Assembly: GCA_963778795.1 (NCBI GenBank)
Contig: CAVZVU010000002.1
Location: forward strand, 120,052-184,051
Length of the DNA stretch: 64,000 nt
Reading direction: 5' to 3'
Source of the DNA: an uncultured Pseudomonadota bacterium
Lineage (GTDB): Bacteria > Myxococcota_A > Polyangia > Fen-1088
In this document: positions 53,203-62,482 of the stretch, in pieces
How the letters are laid out: each line of letters starts with the position of its first letter
Position numbering within the stretch: the first letter of the stretch is position 1
The notes under the pieces: generated by a model
The model's database searches: none
What the model was told of the DNA's origin: nothing
The model's input: the letters and a program-made list of their open reading frames with translations, nothing else
Position numbers and translations under genes: made by a program

Positions 53203-54300
53203 CTAGGGCATCTTGAGGTACTGCTCGGGTACGTCGACGAAGCCCCAGCTCACCAGCTGGCGCGCCCAGGTGCCAAGGTTCTCGCGCGTCACCCGCACCG
53301 GCTCCATCGGGATGATCGTCGGCACATCCTTCTTGAAGTGGATCTTGTCGATCACCGTGGTGACCCCGACCCGGCCCCACAGATACGGCGCCTGCGCGAT
53401 CAGCACCGGCGTCAGCCCCTTCTCGATGTAGGGCAGCTCGGGCGCGAGCGCGTCGACCGCGACCACCTTCACCTTCTTGGGATCGAGATCGGTGAGCAGC
53501 GTCTTGGTGTAAAGCGCCCAGCCGCCGACCATCGCCCAGCCCCGGATGTCGGGGTAGGCGTTGTTGACGCGGATGACTTCGGACGCGGCGTCCTGCGGCG
53601 TCTCGAGGTGATAGAAGGTTCCGACGATCTGGATGCCCGGGTGCTTGGCGGCCTCGAGCTTGACCGCGTCGACCCGCATCCTCAGGTTGGGGGCGTTCTG
53701 GTTTCCGGCCAGGATCGCGATCCGCCCGCGGCCGTCGATCTGCTTTGCCAGCTCGACCATCACGTCCTGGCCCATGCGATGATCATCGACGCCGTAGAAC
53801 GAGAACCGCTTGGACTGCGGGGCGTCGCTGTCGAACGTCATGACCGGCACCCCGCGCGCCACCGCGTCGTCAATCGCGCCCGTGACCTTGCCGGCATCGG
53901 AGCACGAGACCAGGATCGCGCTCGACCCTTCGTTCACCGCCTGGGCGATCCGCTGCGCCTGGATCTGGCCGTCCTCTTGCGGCGGCGTCAACCACGCGAT
54001 CTCGATCGGGATGCCGATCTTCGCCGACAGCTCCTTGGCCGTCGTCTCGGCGCCGGTGCGCGCCGAGAGAAATACCGGGTTGGTCGAGCTCTTGGCGATC
54101 ATCGCGATCCGGATCGCCTTGACGGCGCCCGCGCCGCCGGTCGCCTGCGCCGCCCGCTCGCCGCCCGTCGGCGCACGCCCGCGGTTGCAGCCGATCGACG
54201 TCGACGTCACCAGGGCCAACACCAAGGCCAGGGCGATCGACGAGATCGACGAGATCGGCAAGCTCCGGGTCGTCATCCTCCGGGTCATCCTCGGGGTCAT
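53203..54300 (-). CDS. Sugar ABC transporter substrate-binding lipoprotein
   Basis: SIG-C lipobox, KSSTNPVF, GVPVMTFDSD; TGATG coupling to the permease. Confidence 0.92.
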   Translation of the reverse strand: MTPRMTRRMTTRSLPISSISSIALALVLALVTSTSIGCNRGRAPTGGERAAQATGGAGAVKAIRIAMIAKSSTNPVFLSARTGAETTAKELSAKIGIPIEIAWLTPPQEDGQIQAQRIAQAVNEGSSAILVSCSDAGKVTGAIDDAVARGVPVMTFDSDAPQSKRFSFYGVDDHRMGQDVMVELAKQIDGRGRIAILAGNQNAPNLRMRVDAVKLEAAKHPGIQIVGTFYHLETPQDAASEVIRVNNAYPDIRGWAMVGGWALYTKTLLTDLDPKKVKVVAVDALAPELPYIEKGLTPVLIAQAPYLWGRVGVTTVIDKIHFKKDVPTIIPMEPVRVTRENLGTWARQLVSWGFVDVPEQYLKMP

Positions 54301-55445
54301 CACCCGGATCCGGCCTCCCGGTTGCCGGCGTCCTCCGGACGAGGGGTACCCTCCAGCCGCCTGGCCGCGGCGTCCTCCGCTGGCCGCGCCCCGATCGCCG
54401 AGGGTGGACCCCCGCGCAGGCTGCCCCGCGCGAGGCGGCGCGCCGCAAAACGGGTGCTGGACTGATCGAGCACCACCGCGATCACAATCGCGCAGCCGAT
54501 GATGATCCATTCGTAGTTCTGGTCGAAGTGCAGCGTTCGAATCGACTGTCGAATGAGCACGATCAAGATCGCGCCCAGCATGGCGTTGATGGCGCTCCCC
54601 TTGCCACCGCTGAGGCTGGCCCCGCCGACCACCGCCGATGCGATCACGTATAGCTCATATCCCGTCGCGTCTCCACAGGACGCCGAGCCATAAAAGCTGG
54701 CGCCCAGGAACGACGCCAGCGCCGCGGTCACGCCCGAAACCAGGTAGACACCCAGCTGGATGCGTCCAATGCGCAGCCCCGAGAAGCGGCTCGCCTCGAC
54801 GTTGCCGCCGATGGCGAAGACGTGCCGGCCCATGACGGTGCGCGACAGGTAAATCGCCCCCGCGACGCTGACCAGCAGCATGCTCAGCATCGGCACCGGA
54901 TAGAGCGACGCGCCCATCCCCAGCGATGCCTTCGCGACCCGCGTCAGCGGCTCGGGCAGCAGGATGCTCTCGGCCTTGCTGCTGACGAACGCGAGCCCGC
55001 GCAGGATCCACATCGTCCCCAGCGTGATGATGAACGGATGGACGCGCAGCCCCACGACCATCGCGCCGTTCAAGAGACCGGCGAGGAAGCCGATCGCCAC
55101 CGCGACCCCCAGCGCCAGCCCGACCGTGGCCAACGCCGTCTGCGGCTGCAGCGTGCGGATCGCCAGCGCCATCCCCACGCCGGCCAGCGCGTAGACCGAC
55201 CCCACCGACAGATCGATCCCCGCGGCGATGATGACGATCGTCGCGCCCACCGCCATGATCGCGAAGAAGCTCGCGTCGGTCGCGGTCTGGATCAGCGTGT
55301 ACGAGTTGAGGAAGTTATTGACGGTCGCGCCGGTGACCGGGTCGGCGTGCGTTCCTGCGAGCAGGCTCAGGGCGACGGCGAGCCCGACGATGACCAGCAG
55401 CAAGCCGGCCTGCTGCGAGCGGAACAGGCGGCGGAGGACGCCCAT
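54300..55445 (-). CDS. Sugar ABC transporter permease (RbsC-type)
   Basis: GIDLSVGS, PFIITLG, GGNVEASRFSG, ELYVIASAVVGGASLSGGKG. Confidence 0.96.
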   Translation of the reverse strand: MGVLRRLFRSQQAGLLLVIVGLAVALSLLAGTHADPVTGATVNNFLNSYTLIQTATDASFFAIMAVGATIVIIAAGIDLSVGSVYALAGVGMALAIRTLQPQTALATVGLALGVAVAIGFLAGLLNGAMVVGLRVHPFIITLGTMWILRGLAFVSSKAESILLPEPLTRVAKASLGMGASLYPVPMLSMLLVSVAGAIYLSRTVMGRHVFAIGGNVEASRFSGLRIGRIQLGVYLVSGVTAALASFLGASFYGSASCGDATGYELYVIASAVVGGASLSGGKGSAINAMLGAILIVLIRQSIRTLHFDQNYEWIIIGCAIVIAVVLDQSSTRFAARRLARGSLRGGPPSAIGARPAEDAAARRLEGTPRPEDAGNREAGSG

Positions 55446-55739
55446 GGGACCTCAAGTAATATATGACGCTGGCGCCGAAGCAATCCGCGTTTCCAGTCGA
55501 GCGGTGGCCCGAGCGACCCGTCGGAGAAACCTCGCGATCTGGAGATTTCGGAAGATTGATTCCGCCCGCAGGATCGACGCGCGGCGAGAGGGAGGAAGAC
55601 ACCATCAGCAGCGACGGTCGGCCGACCGCGTCGCCGGATGGATCGCCAACCCAAGGATCGGGTATAAGCGTGAGGGTGTTCCCCTGCAACGGAACCGACG
55701 GCCGGCGTCAACCCAACCCCCGTTTGTGACGATCTTCCG

Positions 55740-55770
55740 TGAGCCGCTTCGCGGCCGTGAGGCTACTGCC
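55740..55770 (+). promoter_or_regulatory. Putative ECF promoter TGAGCC-N16-GCTACT (copy 1)
   Basis: 25/31 identical to 59301-59331. Confidence 0.7.
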
Positions 55771-55819
55771 TCAGGAGGCTATCTCGCTCCAAATGCTCAA
55801 CCCCCCGTCGGAGACAGTC

Positions 55820-57061
55820 ATGATTTCCCGTGGCGCCGTTGCTCGAGTCATTCACGAATCACGGGCGGGGTTGATGGCGGTGGCGGGAATCTCGGTGTGG
55901 GCAGCGCTGGTCGGAGGCGCGTGCCAGAGCGCGCCGATCAGCGGTGGCATGACCGATCCGGGCGGCTCCGGCGGCAGCGCCGTCGGTGACGGCACCGGGG
56001 CCGGCGGCGCCACCGGCGGCGGCGGCAACGCAGGAAGCATGGGCCTCGGGGGTCGTGCCGGCGTTGGCGGCGGGCCCGGGAGCGGCGGCATGGGGATGGG
56101 GGGCCGCATCATCGTTGGCGGGGGCGGCGGGCTCGCCGTTCCGCCCAGCTGCGGCTCGACGACGCTCAACCTGAACCCGTTCGGCTGCAACCTCGCCTGG
56201 GGCACGCAGAACCCGGGCGGGTCGCTCAGCGGCCTTGGCGCCCTGCAGTTCGTCTCGTTCTGGATCGGCTCGGAGGCGCGCGCCGACGGTACGCTGAGCG
56301 GATGCAGCGGCTGCACCTGGCTCACGAACCAGGTCTCGAAGGTCAGCAACCTGACCCCGGTCTTCTACGCGTACGTCATTGGCTTCTACGGTCACGCCAA
56401 CGGCCTGCCCGACGGAAACGTCGCGCCGAACGGCCCCAACCTGACCACGGGCGGCGCGAACCTGATCCGAAACAACCGCGCGAAGATCATCCAGATGTAC
56501 AGCAGCTACGCGCAGCAGGCGCATACGGCCTGGCCCACGAAGCCGCTGGTCTGGCTGCTGGAGGGCGATTTCGTGCAGTACACCGGCACCTCGCAGGCGA
56601 GCCCGCTCAGCTACGCCGAGCTGGCCCAGCTGGCCGAGGACATCACCTGCGCGATCAAGGCGAACATGCCCAACGCCGTCGTCGCCATCAACCACTCCAC
56701 CTGGAACACCAACGACGTCACCAACAAGTTCTGGGCGGCGATGGCGGGCGTGAACTACGACATGGCCTGGACCAGTGGCGCGGGCAACGTCAACGACTTC
56801 TTCACGCCGGGAACGACCGCGAAGTCGTACAACGGCGCGACCGCGACCTATGCTTACCTCCACAACCTCACCGGCAGGACGATCCTTGTCGACACCAGCT
56901 TCGGTCTCTCGGGCGCGGGTGACTCCTGGTCCGACACCGGCGCCGCCAACCTGAATGCGCGCATCGCCGACGGCGTCATCGCCGTGAACGTCACCAGCCC
57001 CGCTTCGAACTACGCCAGCAACATCGCTGCCGAGACCGGGTTGGCGACGACCTGCCACTGA
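55820..57061 (+). CDS. Lipoprotein with Gly-rich linker and unassigned glycoside-hydrolase-like domain (paralog 1)
   Basis: GGA-C lipobox-like motif; LVWLLEGDFVQY, MPNA, ILVDTSFG, NLNARI. Confidence 0.75.
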   Translation: MISRGAVARVIHESRAGLMAVAGISVWAALVGGACQSAPISGGMTDPGGSGGSAVGDGTGAGGATGGGGNAGSMGLGGRAGVGGGPGSGGMGMGGRIIVGGGGGLAVPPSCGSTTLNLNPFGCNLAWGTQNPGGSLSGLGALQFVSFWIGSEARADGTLSGCSGCTWLTNQVSKVSNLTPVFYAYVIGFYGHANGLPDGNVAPNGPNLTTGGANLIRNNRAKIIQMYSSYAQQAHTAWPTKPLVWLLEGDFVQYTGTSQASPLSYAELAQLAEDITCAIKANMPNAVVAINHSTWNTNDVTNKFWAAMAGVNYDMAWTSGAGNVNDFFTPGTTAKSYNGATATYAYLHNLTGRTILVDTSFGLSGAGDSWSDTGAANLNARIADGVIAVNVTSPASNYASNIAAETGLATTCH

Positions 57062-58422
57062 TGGAAACGCCGGAGGAGCCTATGACCCCAGCACCTCGGA
57101 GTAGTGCGGGACCCTCGTCGATCCGCCGGCTCGCGGGCGCGGCCGCAACCGCGCTGGCGCTGGTGACGGGAGCCTGCACCGGCACGCTCGGGCTGCCCGG
57201 CGACATGAACGGCACCGGCGCGCACGGCGCCGGCGGCAGCGCCAGCGGCGCCGGCGGGGGGGCGGTCAACTCGGGCGCGGGCGGCGGCGCGGGACCGACC
57301 GGCGGCGCGGGCGGAGCGATCGGAACCGGTGGCAACACCAGCGGCGGCGCGGGTGGCAGGGGCGCCGGCGGCGCGCTCGGAACCGGCGGCGCCATCGGCG
57401 GCAGCGGCGGCCGGACCGGCACCGGCGGCGCGTCGGGAGTCGGGGGCGCGCCGGGGGTCGGCGGGCGCACCGGCGCGGGTGGCTCGACGGGGACGGCGTT
57501 CAGCCAGTGCCGATTCCACTTCGGCACCGTCGATGCGATCGCCCGCGGCAACCCCGCGATGATCCCTCAGCTGGACTTCTACACGCCGGGCTGGATGGGC
57601 AGCATCAGCGACACGTTCGACATGGGGTACGTCTGCACCGACACCAAGGCGGGCGGGACCTTCGCCAATCAGGTGCCGGTGATCGTGGCGTACGTGGCGG
57701 CGTTCTACGTCAAGCGGCACGCCGGGCTCTCGGACTGCGGCGCGGCGCCCGGCGGCGCGACCACCGATCTGTGCCACCAGGGTGCGGCCGCGATCCAGGC
57801 CAACCTGGCCGCCATCGTCAACGTCTACCGCAGCTTCGCGCAGGGCTTCGCCGCCTGCTACGGCACGACCCGACCAATCATCTTCGAGATGGAGCCGGAC
57901 TTCTATCAGTACACCTACACCGGTTCGACCGGGCAGACCCAGCCCTGGACCTACGCGCAGGCGGGGCAGATCATGGGACAGTTCGTCGGGGCGATGAAGC
58001 CAGCGCTGCCGAACGCGCTGTTCTCGATGGATATCTCGCCCTGGGTTGGGACGAATAACAACACAGGATCCAATGGTTCGGACAATGGCCTCAACTGGTA
58101 CTCGAACTTCGATATGACCCAGTTCACCTTCATCAACACGTCGGGCGGCTCGACCAACGCCGCGGCGGCGCAGATTCGCGGCAACGCGATGACCTGGGCC
58201 GGGGTCAGCAACGCCACCGGCAAGCCGATCCTCGCCGACACCGGCTACGGTTTCAATGGCAGCTCGGCCGGGCCGGATCCGGCCTGGGATTCGCCGGCCA
58301 ACATCAACGCCCGCATGCTGAACGGCGTGGTCTCGATCAGCCAGTACAACCCCGCCGGCAGCTGGGGGACGACGATCGCCGGGATTCGGGGACAGCTCCA
58401 GGCGCCACCGATCTGTCCGTGA
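57061..58422 (+). CDS. Lipoprotein with Gly-rich linker and unassigned glycoside-hydrolase-like domain (paralog 2)
   Basis: TGA-C lipobox; IIFEMEPDFYQY, LPNA, ILADTGYG, NINARM. Alternative start at 57082. Confidence 0.75.
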   Translation: METPEEPMTPAPRSSAGPSSIRRLAGAAATALALVTGACTGTLGLPGDMNGTGAHGAGGSASGAGGGAVNSGAGGGAGPTGGAGGAIGTGGNTSGGAGGRGAGGALGTGGAIGGSGGRTGTGGASGVGGAPGVGGRTGAGGSTGTAFSQCRFHFGTVDAIARGNPAMIPQLDFYTPGWMGSISDTFDMGYVCTDTKAGGTFANQVPVIVAYVAAFYVKRHAGLSDCGAAPGGATTDLCHQGAAAIQANLAAIVNVYRSFAQGFAACYGTTRPIIFEMEPDFYQYTYTGSTGQTQPWTYAQAGQIMGQFVGAMKPALPNALFSMDISPWVGTNNNTGSNGSDNGLNWYSNFDMTQFTFINTSGGSTNAAAAQIRGNAMTWAGVSNATGKPILADTGYGFNGSSAGPDPAWDSPANINARMLNGVVSISQYNPAGSWGTTIAGIRGQLQAPPICP

Positions 58423-59303
58423 GGGGCGGGAGGTGCGCGGCGGCGCGCGCGGCGGTGGTGCTGGGGGTGGTTGTGGCGGCGATGGGGTGCCGTCGGGGAG
58501 GGACGACGGCGGCGTCTACGGGCGCGACTACGACAGCGACTACGTTGACGACCAGGTCCACGTTGACGACCAGGTCCACGTCTACGTCCACGATCGGGGG
58601 GGCGGCGGTGGGTTTTGCGCAGGCGATCGTCGAGTTGGCGCCGGCGATCCATGAGCGGCAGACGAGGGAGGTGCGGATCGCGGGCCGACTGGCGGGGAAC
58701 GCGCGTCTGACGATCGAGCGCGTCGAGGATCCGGCGCTCGAGGTCGAGGTGCTGGCGCCCGCAGGCGAGCAGGCGCCGGGGTTGCGACTCGGGTTCACCG
58801 GCGACCGCGTCGGCGTTCGCACCGGGCAGATCGTGGTCGCGACCGGGCTCGACGAGCCGGCGCGATTGACGCTGCTCTACAGCCTGCGCGTCCGCGGCAG
58901 CGTCGAGGTCACGCCGTCCAACCCCTACTTCAACCTGCGCGATCCTGGCGCCCGCGAGCGGGTGCTCACCGTGCGCGGACACCAGCCCGGGTTTCGCGTG
59001 CGCGCGGCGCAGGTGCTCGCGGGGCCGTTTCGCGCCAGCGTCGCGTCCGACGGCTCCGGCGACGGGACGGCGGCGATCCGGATCGGTATCGACGAACGGG
59101 CGATCGGGACCGACCAGCAACGCGGATTTCTGGGCCGCCTGCGGGTCCTCAGCAACGACCCCGCCGAACCGGCGACGGAGGTGCCGCTGTTCGCCATGGG
59201 GGCGCTGCCCCTGCCCCACCCTGTCACCGACAGCGACTCCGGCACCGTCGCCGACGCGGGCGGTCGCGGCGCCGACAGTACCTGGGGCGGCGCGACTCGA
59301 TGA
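58419..59303 (+). CDS. Hypothetical lipoprotein, Thr-rich linker plus beta-sandwich-like domains
   Basis: AMG-C, GTGA overlap, LRVLSNDP motif typical of Ig-like (ASH) domains. Confidence 0.7.
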   Translation: MRGGRCAAARAAVVLGVVVAAMGCRRGGTTAASTGATTTATTLTTRSTLTTRSTSTSTIGGAAVGFAQAIVELAPAIHERQTREVRIAGRLAGNARLTIERVEDPALEVEVLAPAGEQAPGLRLGFTGDRVGVRTGQIVVATGLDEPARLTLLYSLRVRGSVEVTPSNPYFNLRDPGARERVLTVRGHQPGFRVRAAQVLAGPFRASVASDGSGDGTAAIRIGIDERAIGTDQQRGFLGRLRVLSNDPAEPATEVPLFAMGALPLPHPVTDSDSGTVADAGGRGADSTWGGATR

Positions 59304-59331
59304 GCCGATTCCCGGCGGGTACGCTACTGCC
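59301..59331 (+). promoter_or_regulatory. Putative autoregulatory ECF promoter (copy 2)
   Basis: tgagccgattcccggcgggtacgctactgcc directly upstream of the ECF gene. Confidence 0.7.
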
Positions 59332-59354
59332 AATCGAGGTACATTCCTTGGCCC

Positions 59355-60011
59355 ATGGGCAACCAATCAATGCCAGCTGACCGCACCCAGGTGCCGCTCA
59401 GCGTCGTGCCGGTCGGTCGCGCCAGCGAGCCGACCGACGCCGAGCTGGCGCACGCGCTCAAGGCCGGCGAAGAGTGGGCGGCCGCGGCGACCTGGAATCG
59501 GTTCGCCCCCGTGGTGTACGGAATCGCCTGCCGCGCCATCGGCAGCCAGAACGACGCCGAGGATGTCACCCAGGAGGTCTTCTTCCACCTCTTCGCGCGC
59601 GTCGGCACGCTGCGCGATCCGGCGGCGTTTCGCAGCTTCGTGGTGTCGTTCGCCCTGCGCATCGTCAAGTGGGAGCTGCGCCGCCGGCGCGCTCGGCGGT
59701 GGCTGCTGCTGACGCCGGCGAGCCTGCTGCCCGAGACGCCGGGCATCGATAGCGACCCCGAGGCGCGCGAGGTGTTGCGCCGTTTTTACACCGTGCTCGA
59801 TCAGCTGCCGGCCCGCGATCGCCTGGTCTTTGCGTTGCGCTACCTCGAGTCGATGACCCTCGAGGAGATCGCCGACACGCTCGAGATATCGCTGTCGACG
59901 GTGAAGCGAAACTTGAGCCACGCCTCGGCGCGCGTGTCGCGCTGGATCGCGGGCGATCGCGATCTGGTGACGTTCTTCGAGAGGAGGAGGAGGGACGATG
60001 ATTCGGTCTGA
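59355..60011 (+). CDS. ECF RNA polymerase sigma factor
   Basis: AEDVTQEVF, LRDPAAFRSF, MTLEEIADTLEISLSTVKR. Confidence 0.95.
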   Translation: MGNQSMPADRTQVPLSVVPVGRASEPTDAELAHALKAGEEWAAAATWNRFAPVVYGIACRAIGSQNDAEDVTQEVFFHLFARVGTLRDPAAFRSFVVSFALRIVKWELRRRRARRWLLLTPASLLPETPGIDSDPEAREVLRRFYTVLDQLPARDRLVFALRYLESMTLEEIADTLEISLSTVKRNLSHASARVSRWIAGDRDLVTFFERRRRDDDSV

Positions 60012-61407
60012 TGGCGGGCGCGACCCAACCGATGGTCTCGCCGCCGTGGCGGCGCTGGCGCGCGAGGCGGCGCCGCCGATGACGCCGTTGCAGCGCATGC
60101 GTGGTCTGCAGGCGGTGTCGCTGCGGCGCGAGGCGCGGCAGCGCCGGCGGCGCGGGTTGCTGGTCGCATTTACGCTGTCGGCGTGCGGCGTGGTCGGGGT
60201 CTTGGCCGTCGGCCTGCTGGGTCCGCCGGCGCTGCACGGGCGGCGCTCGCTGCAAGCGTCGCGAACCCCGCAGGCGCTGTCCTCGCCGCAGGCGCTGCCG
60301 GGCGGGGCCAACGCGACGCCCCTCTCCTATCGCGTCGACCACGGCGAGATCGGCGACGGCGGCTATCTCCGTGCCAATCCCCATTCTTCCGGCGACGGCA
60401 CGGGCGTTGGACTGCGCTTCGCCGAGGGGACCGAGCTGCGCCTGGCCGCCGGCGCTCGCGGACGGCTGACCAGCGTCGACGCTCAGGGCGCCCGCTTCGC
60501 GATCGAGCAGGGGGAGGCGGCGGTCAACGTCGTGCCGCGCCCGGGCGCGCGCTGGCTCATCGACGCGGGTCCCTTCCTCATCACCGTTCACGGCACGATC
60601 TTCACCGCGTCCTGGGACGGCGCCAGCGAACAGCTCGACGTCAGAATGAAGCACGGCTTGGTGTCGGTGAGCGGACCGGTCGCCGACGGAAAGATCGCCG
60701 TGCGCGCCGGCCAGCGGCTGACGATCAACGTTCCGGAGCGCGAGGTCCTGCTGCGGCCGAGCGACGACGCCGACGTAACCGACGTGCCGGCCGCGTCCGT
60801 CGAGCCGAGCGCCGCGGAAGCGCCGCCGGCCGCCCTGGCGCACCCGGCGCGCGCGGCGGCGCCGTCGCGCGCGGCGACCTCTCGGAGCGCACCGACGCGC
60901 GCGGCGCCTTCGTCGATCGGCTTCCGGACGAGCGACCCCGCGCGCAGCTGGACGGCGGCGCTGGCCAGCGGTGATTTCCAGGGCATCCTGCGCGATGCCG
61001 AGCACTACGGCCTGCGGCGCGCGCTCGCCGACGTCCGGAGCGAAGACCTGGCGGCGCTCGCCGACGCCGCCCGATACCTGCGCCGCGAGGACCTGGCGCG
61101 GCAGGCGCTGATCGCGCAACGCCAGCGCTTTCCGCGCACCGAGCGCGCGCACGAGGCGGCCTTCCTGCTCGGCCGGTTGACCGAGAGCGGCGCCGAGGGA
61201 GACGTCCGTGCCCTCGGCTGGTACGACCGTTACCTGGGCGAGGCCCCGACCGGCGCCTACGCGTCGGAGGCGCTCGGTCGCAAGATGACGGCGACCGAGA
61301 AGCTGAGGGGGCGGGCGGCGGCGCGCGATATCGCGCGCGAGTACCTGCGGCGCTTCCCCCACGGGACATACGCCGGCGCCGCCCAGGCCTTAGCGGAATC
61401 ACCCTAG
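59998..61407 (+). CDS. FecR-like anti-sigma factor with C-terminal TPR
   Basis: One TM segment; LRFAEGT..AGPFLITVHGT.F..V..G.V.V (FecR); YDRYLGEAPTGAYASEALGR, YLRRFPHG. Confidence 0.88.
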   Translation: MIRSDGGRDPTDGLAAVAALAREAAPPMTPLQRMRGLQAVSLRREARQRRRRGLLVAFTLSACGVVGVLAVGLLGPPALHGRRSLQASRTPQALSSPQALPGGANATPLSYRVDHGEIGDGGYLRANPHSSGDGTGVGLRFAEGTELRLAAGARGRLTSVDAQGARFAIEQGEAAVNVVPRPGARWLIDAGPFLITVHGTIFTASWDGASEQLDVRMKHGLVSVSGPVADGKIAVRAGQRLTINVPEREVLLRPSDDADVTDVPAASVEPSAAEAPPAALAHPARAAAPSRAATSRSAPTRAAPSSIGFRTSDPARSWTAALASGDFQGILRDAEHYGLRRALADVRSEDLAALADAARYLRREDLARQALIAQRQRFPRTERAHEAAFLLGRLTESGAEGDVRALGWYDRYLGEAPTGAYASEALGRKMTATEKLRGRAAARDIAREYLRRFPHGTYAGAAQALAESP

Positions 61408-61432
61408 CTCCGGCGTCGGGCGCAAGAGGACG

Positions 61433-62482
61433 ATGGCGGTGACCCGGACGCTCGCGCCGACCGCGGTCATCGGCGTGTTGCTGGGGGTGGCCGTACCGGC
61501 GCACGCAGCGACGGTGGTGCTGATCAAGGCGCCGCACCCGAGCGCGATCGCCAGTGAGGCGACGGTGCGCCTGCGCGGCGAGCTGACCGCGGGCGGCTTC
61601 GACGTGACCGTCGTCGAGTCGCCGGCGGGGGAAGACCCGCGCGCCTTTCTCGAGGAGCAGGCGGCTGCCCCCGACGTCGAGGCGGTGGTCGCGATCCTGG
61701 CCGCGGCGCCGACTGACATCGTCGAGCTGTGGGTCATCGATCGCGTCACCGGCAAGACCGTCACGCGCCGCCTGCCGGCCGAGCCGGCGACCGCGCGCTC
61801 GGCCGAGGTGCTGTCGATCCGCGCGCTGGAGCTGCTGCGCGCGAGCTTCCTCGAGATCGCGCTCGGCGCGAGCCGCGCCGGACCCGACCCGTCGACGCCG
61901 CCACCGCCTCCGCCGCCGCCCGAGGTGGCGCGCATGACCGAGGTCGCCCTCGACAACGGCTGGCCGAAGACCTGGGCCATCGAGGCCGGCGGCTGCCTGC
62001 TCGGCAGCTTCGAGGGCTTCTCTCCGTCGCTGGCGCCGGTGGTGCGCGGCGAGCGCATCTGGCTCGATCGGATCGTCGGCCGCTTGACCATCGCCGGCCT
62101 GGGGACGCCGGCCCACGTGAAGTCGATGGTCGGCAGCGCCAGCGTGTCGCAGACCTTCGGGCTGGTCGAGGTGGCGGTCAAGCTGCGACCGGAGACGCGC
62201 CTGCGCCCGTTCCTGTCGCTGGGCGCCGGCGTCCTGCACGTCACCGCCGAGGGGCGGGGGACGGCGTTCCCCTACCAGGCGCTGAGCGGCGACCAATGGT
62301 CACCGATCGCCGACGCCGGCGCCGGCGTGCGGGTCGCGCTGCGCGGGCGATTCGAGCTGGCGGCCGAGGTGCACGCCCAGGTCGCCCGGTCCTACCCGGA
62401 GATTCATTTCGTCGACGGCACCGTGGCGCGCAGCGGCCGGCCGACGGTGATCGGCAGCCTGACGCTGGTGGCGTGGCTATGA
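61433..62482 (+). CDS. Exported protein with probable C-terminal outer-membrane beta-barrel
   Basis: Signal AHA-A; WVIDRVTGKT, LSIRALELLRAS; amphipathic strands; terminal ..LVAWL. Confidence 0.7.
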   Translation: MAVTRTLAPTAVIGVLLGVAVPAHAATVVLIKAPHPSAIASEATVRLRGELTAGGFDVTVVESPAGEDPRAFLEEQAAAPDVEAVVAILAAAPTDIVELWVIDRVTGKTVTRRLPAEPATARSAEVLSIRALELLRASFLEIALGASRAGPDPSTPPPPPPPPEVARMTEVALDNGWPKTWAIEAGGCLLGSFEGFSPSLAPVVRGERIWLDRIVGRLTIAGLGTPAHVKSMVGSASVSQTFGLVEVAVKLRPETRLRPFLSLGAGVLHVTAEGRGTAFPYQALSGDQWSPIADAGAGVRVALRGRFELAAEVHAQVARSYPEIHFVDGTVARSGRPTVIGSLTLVAWL

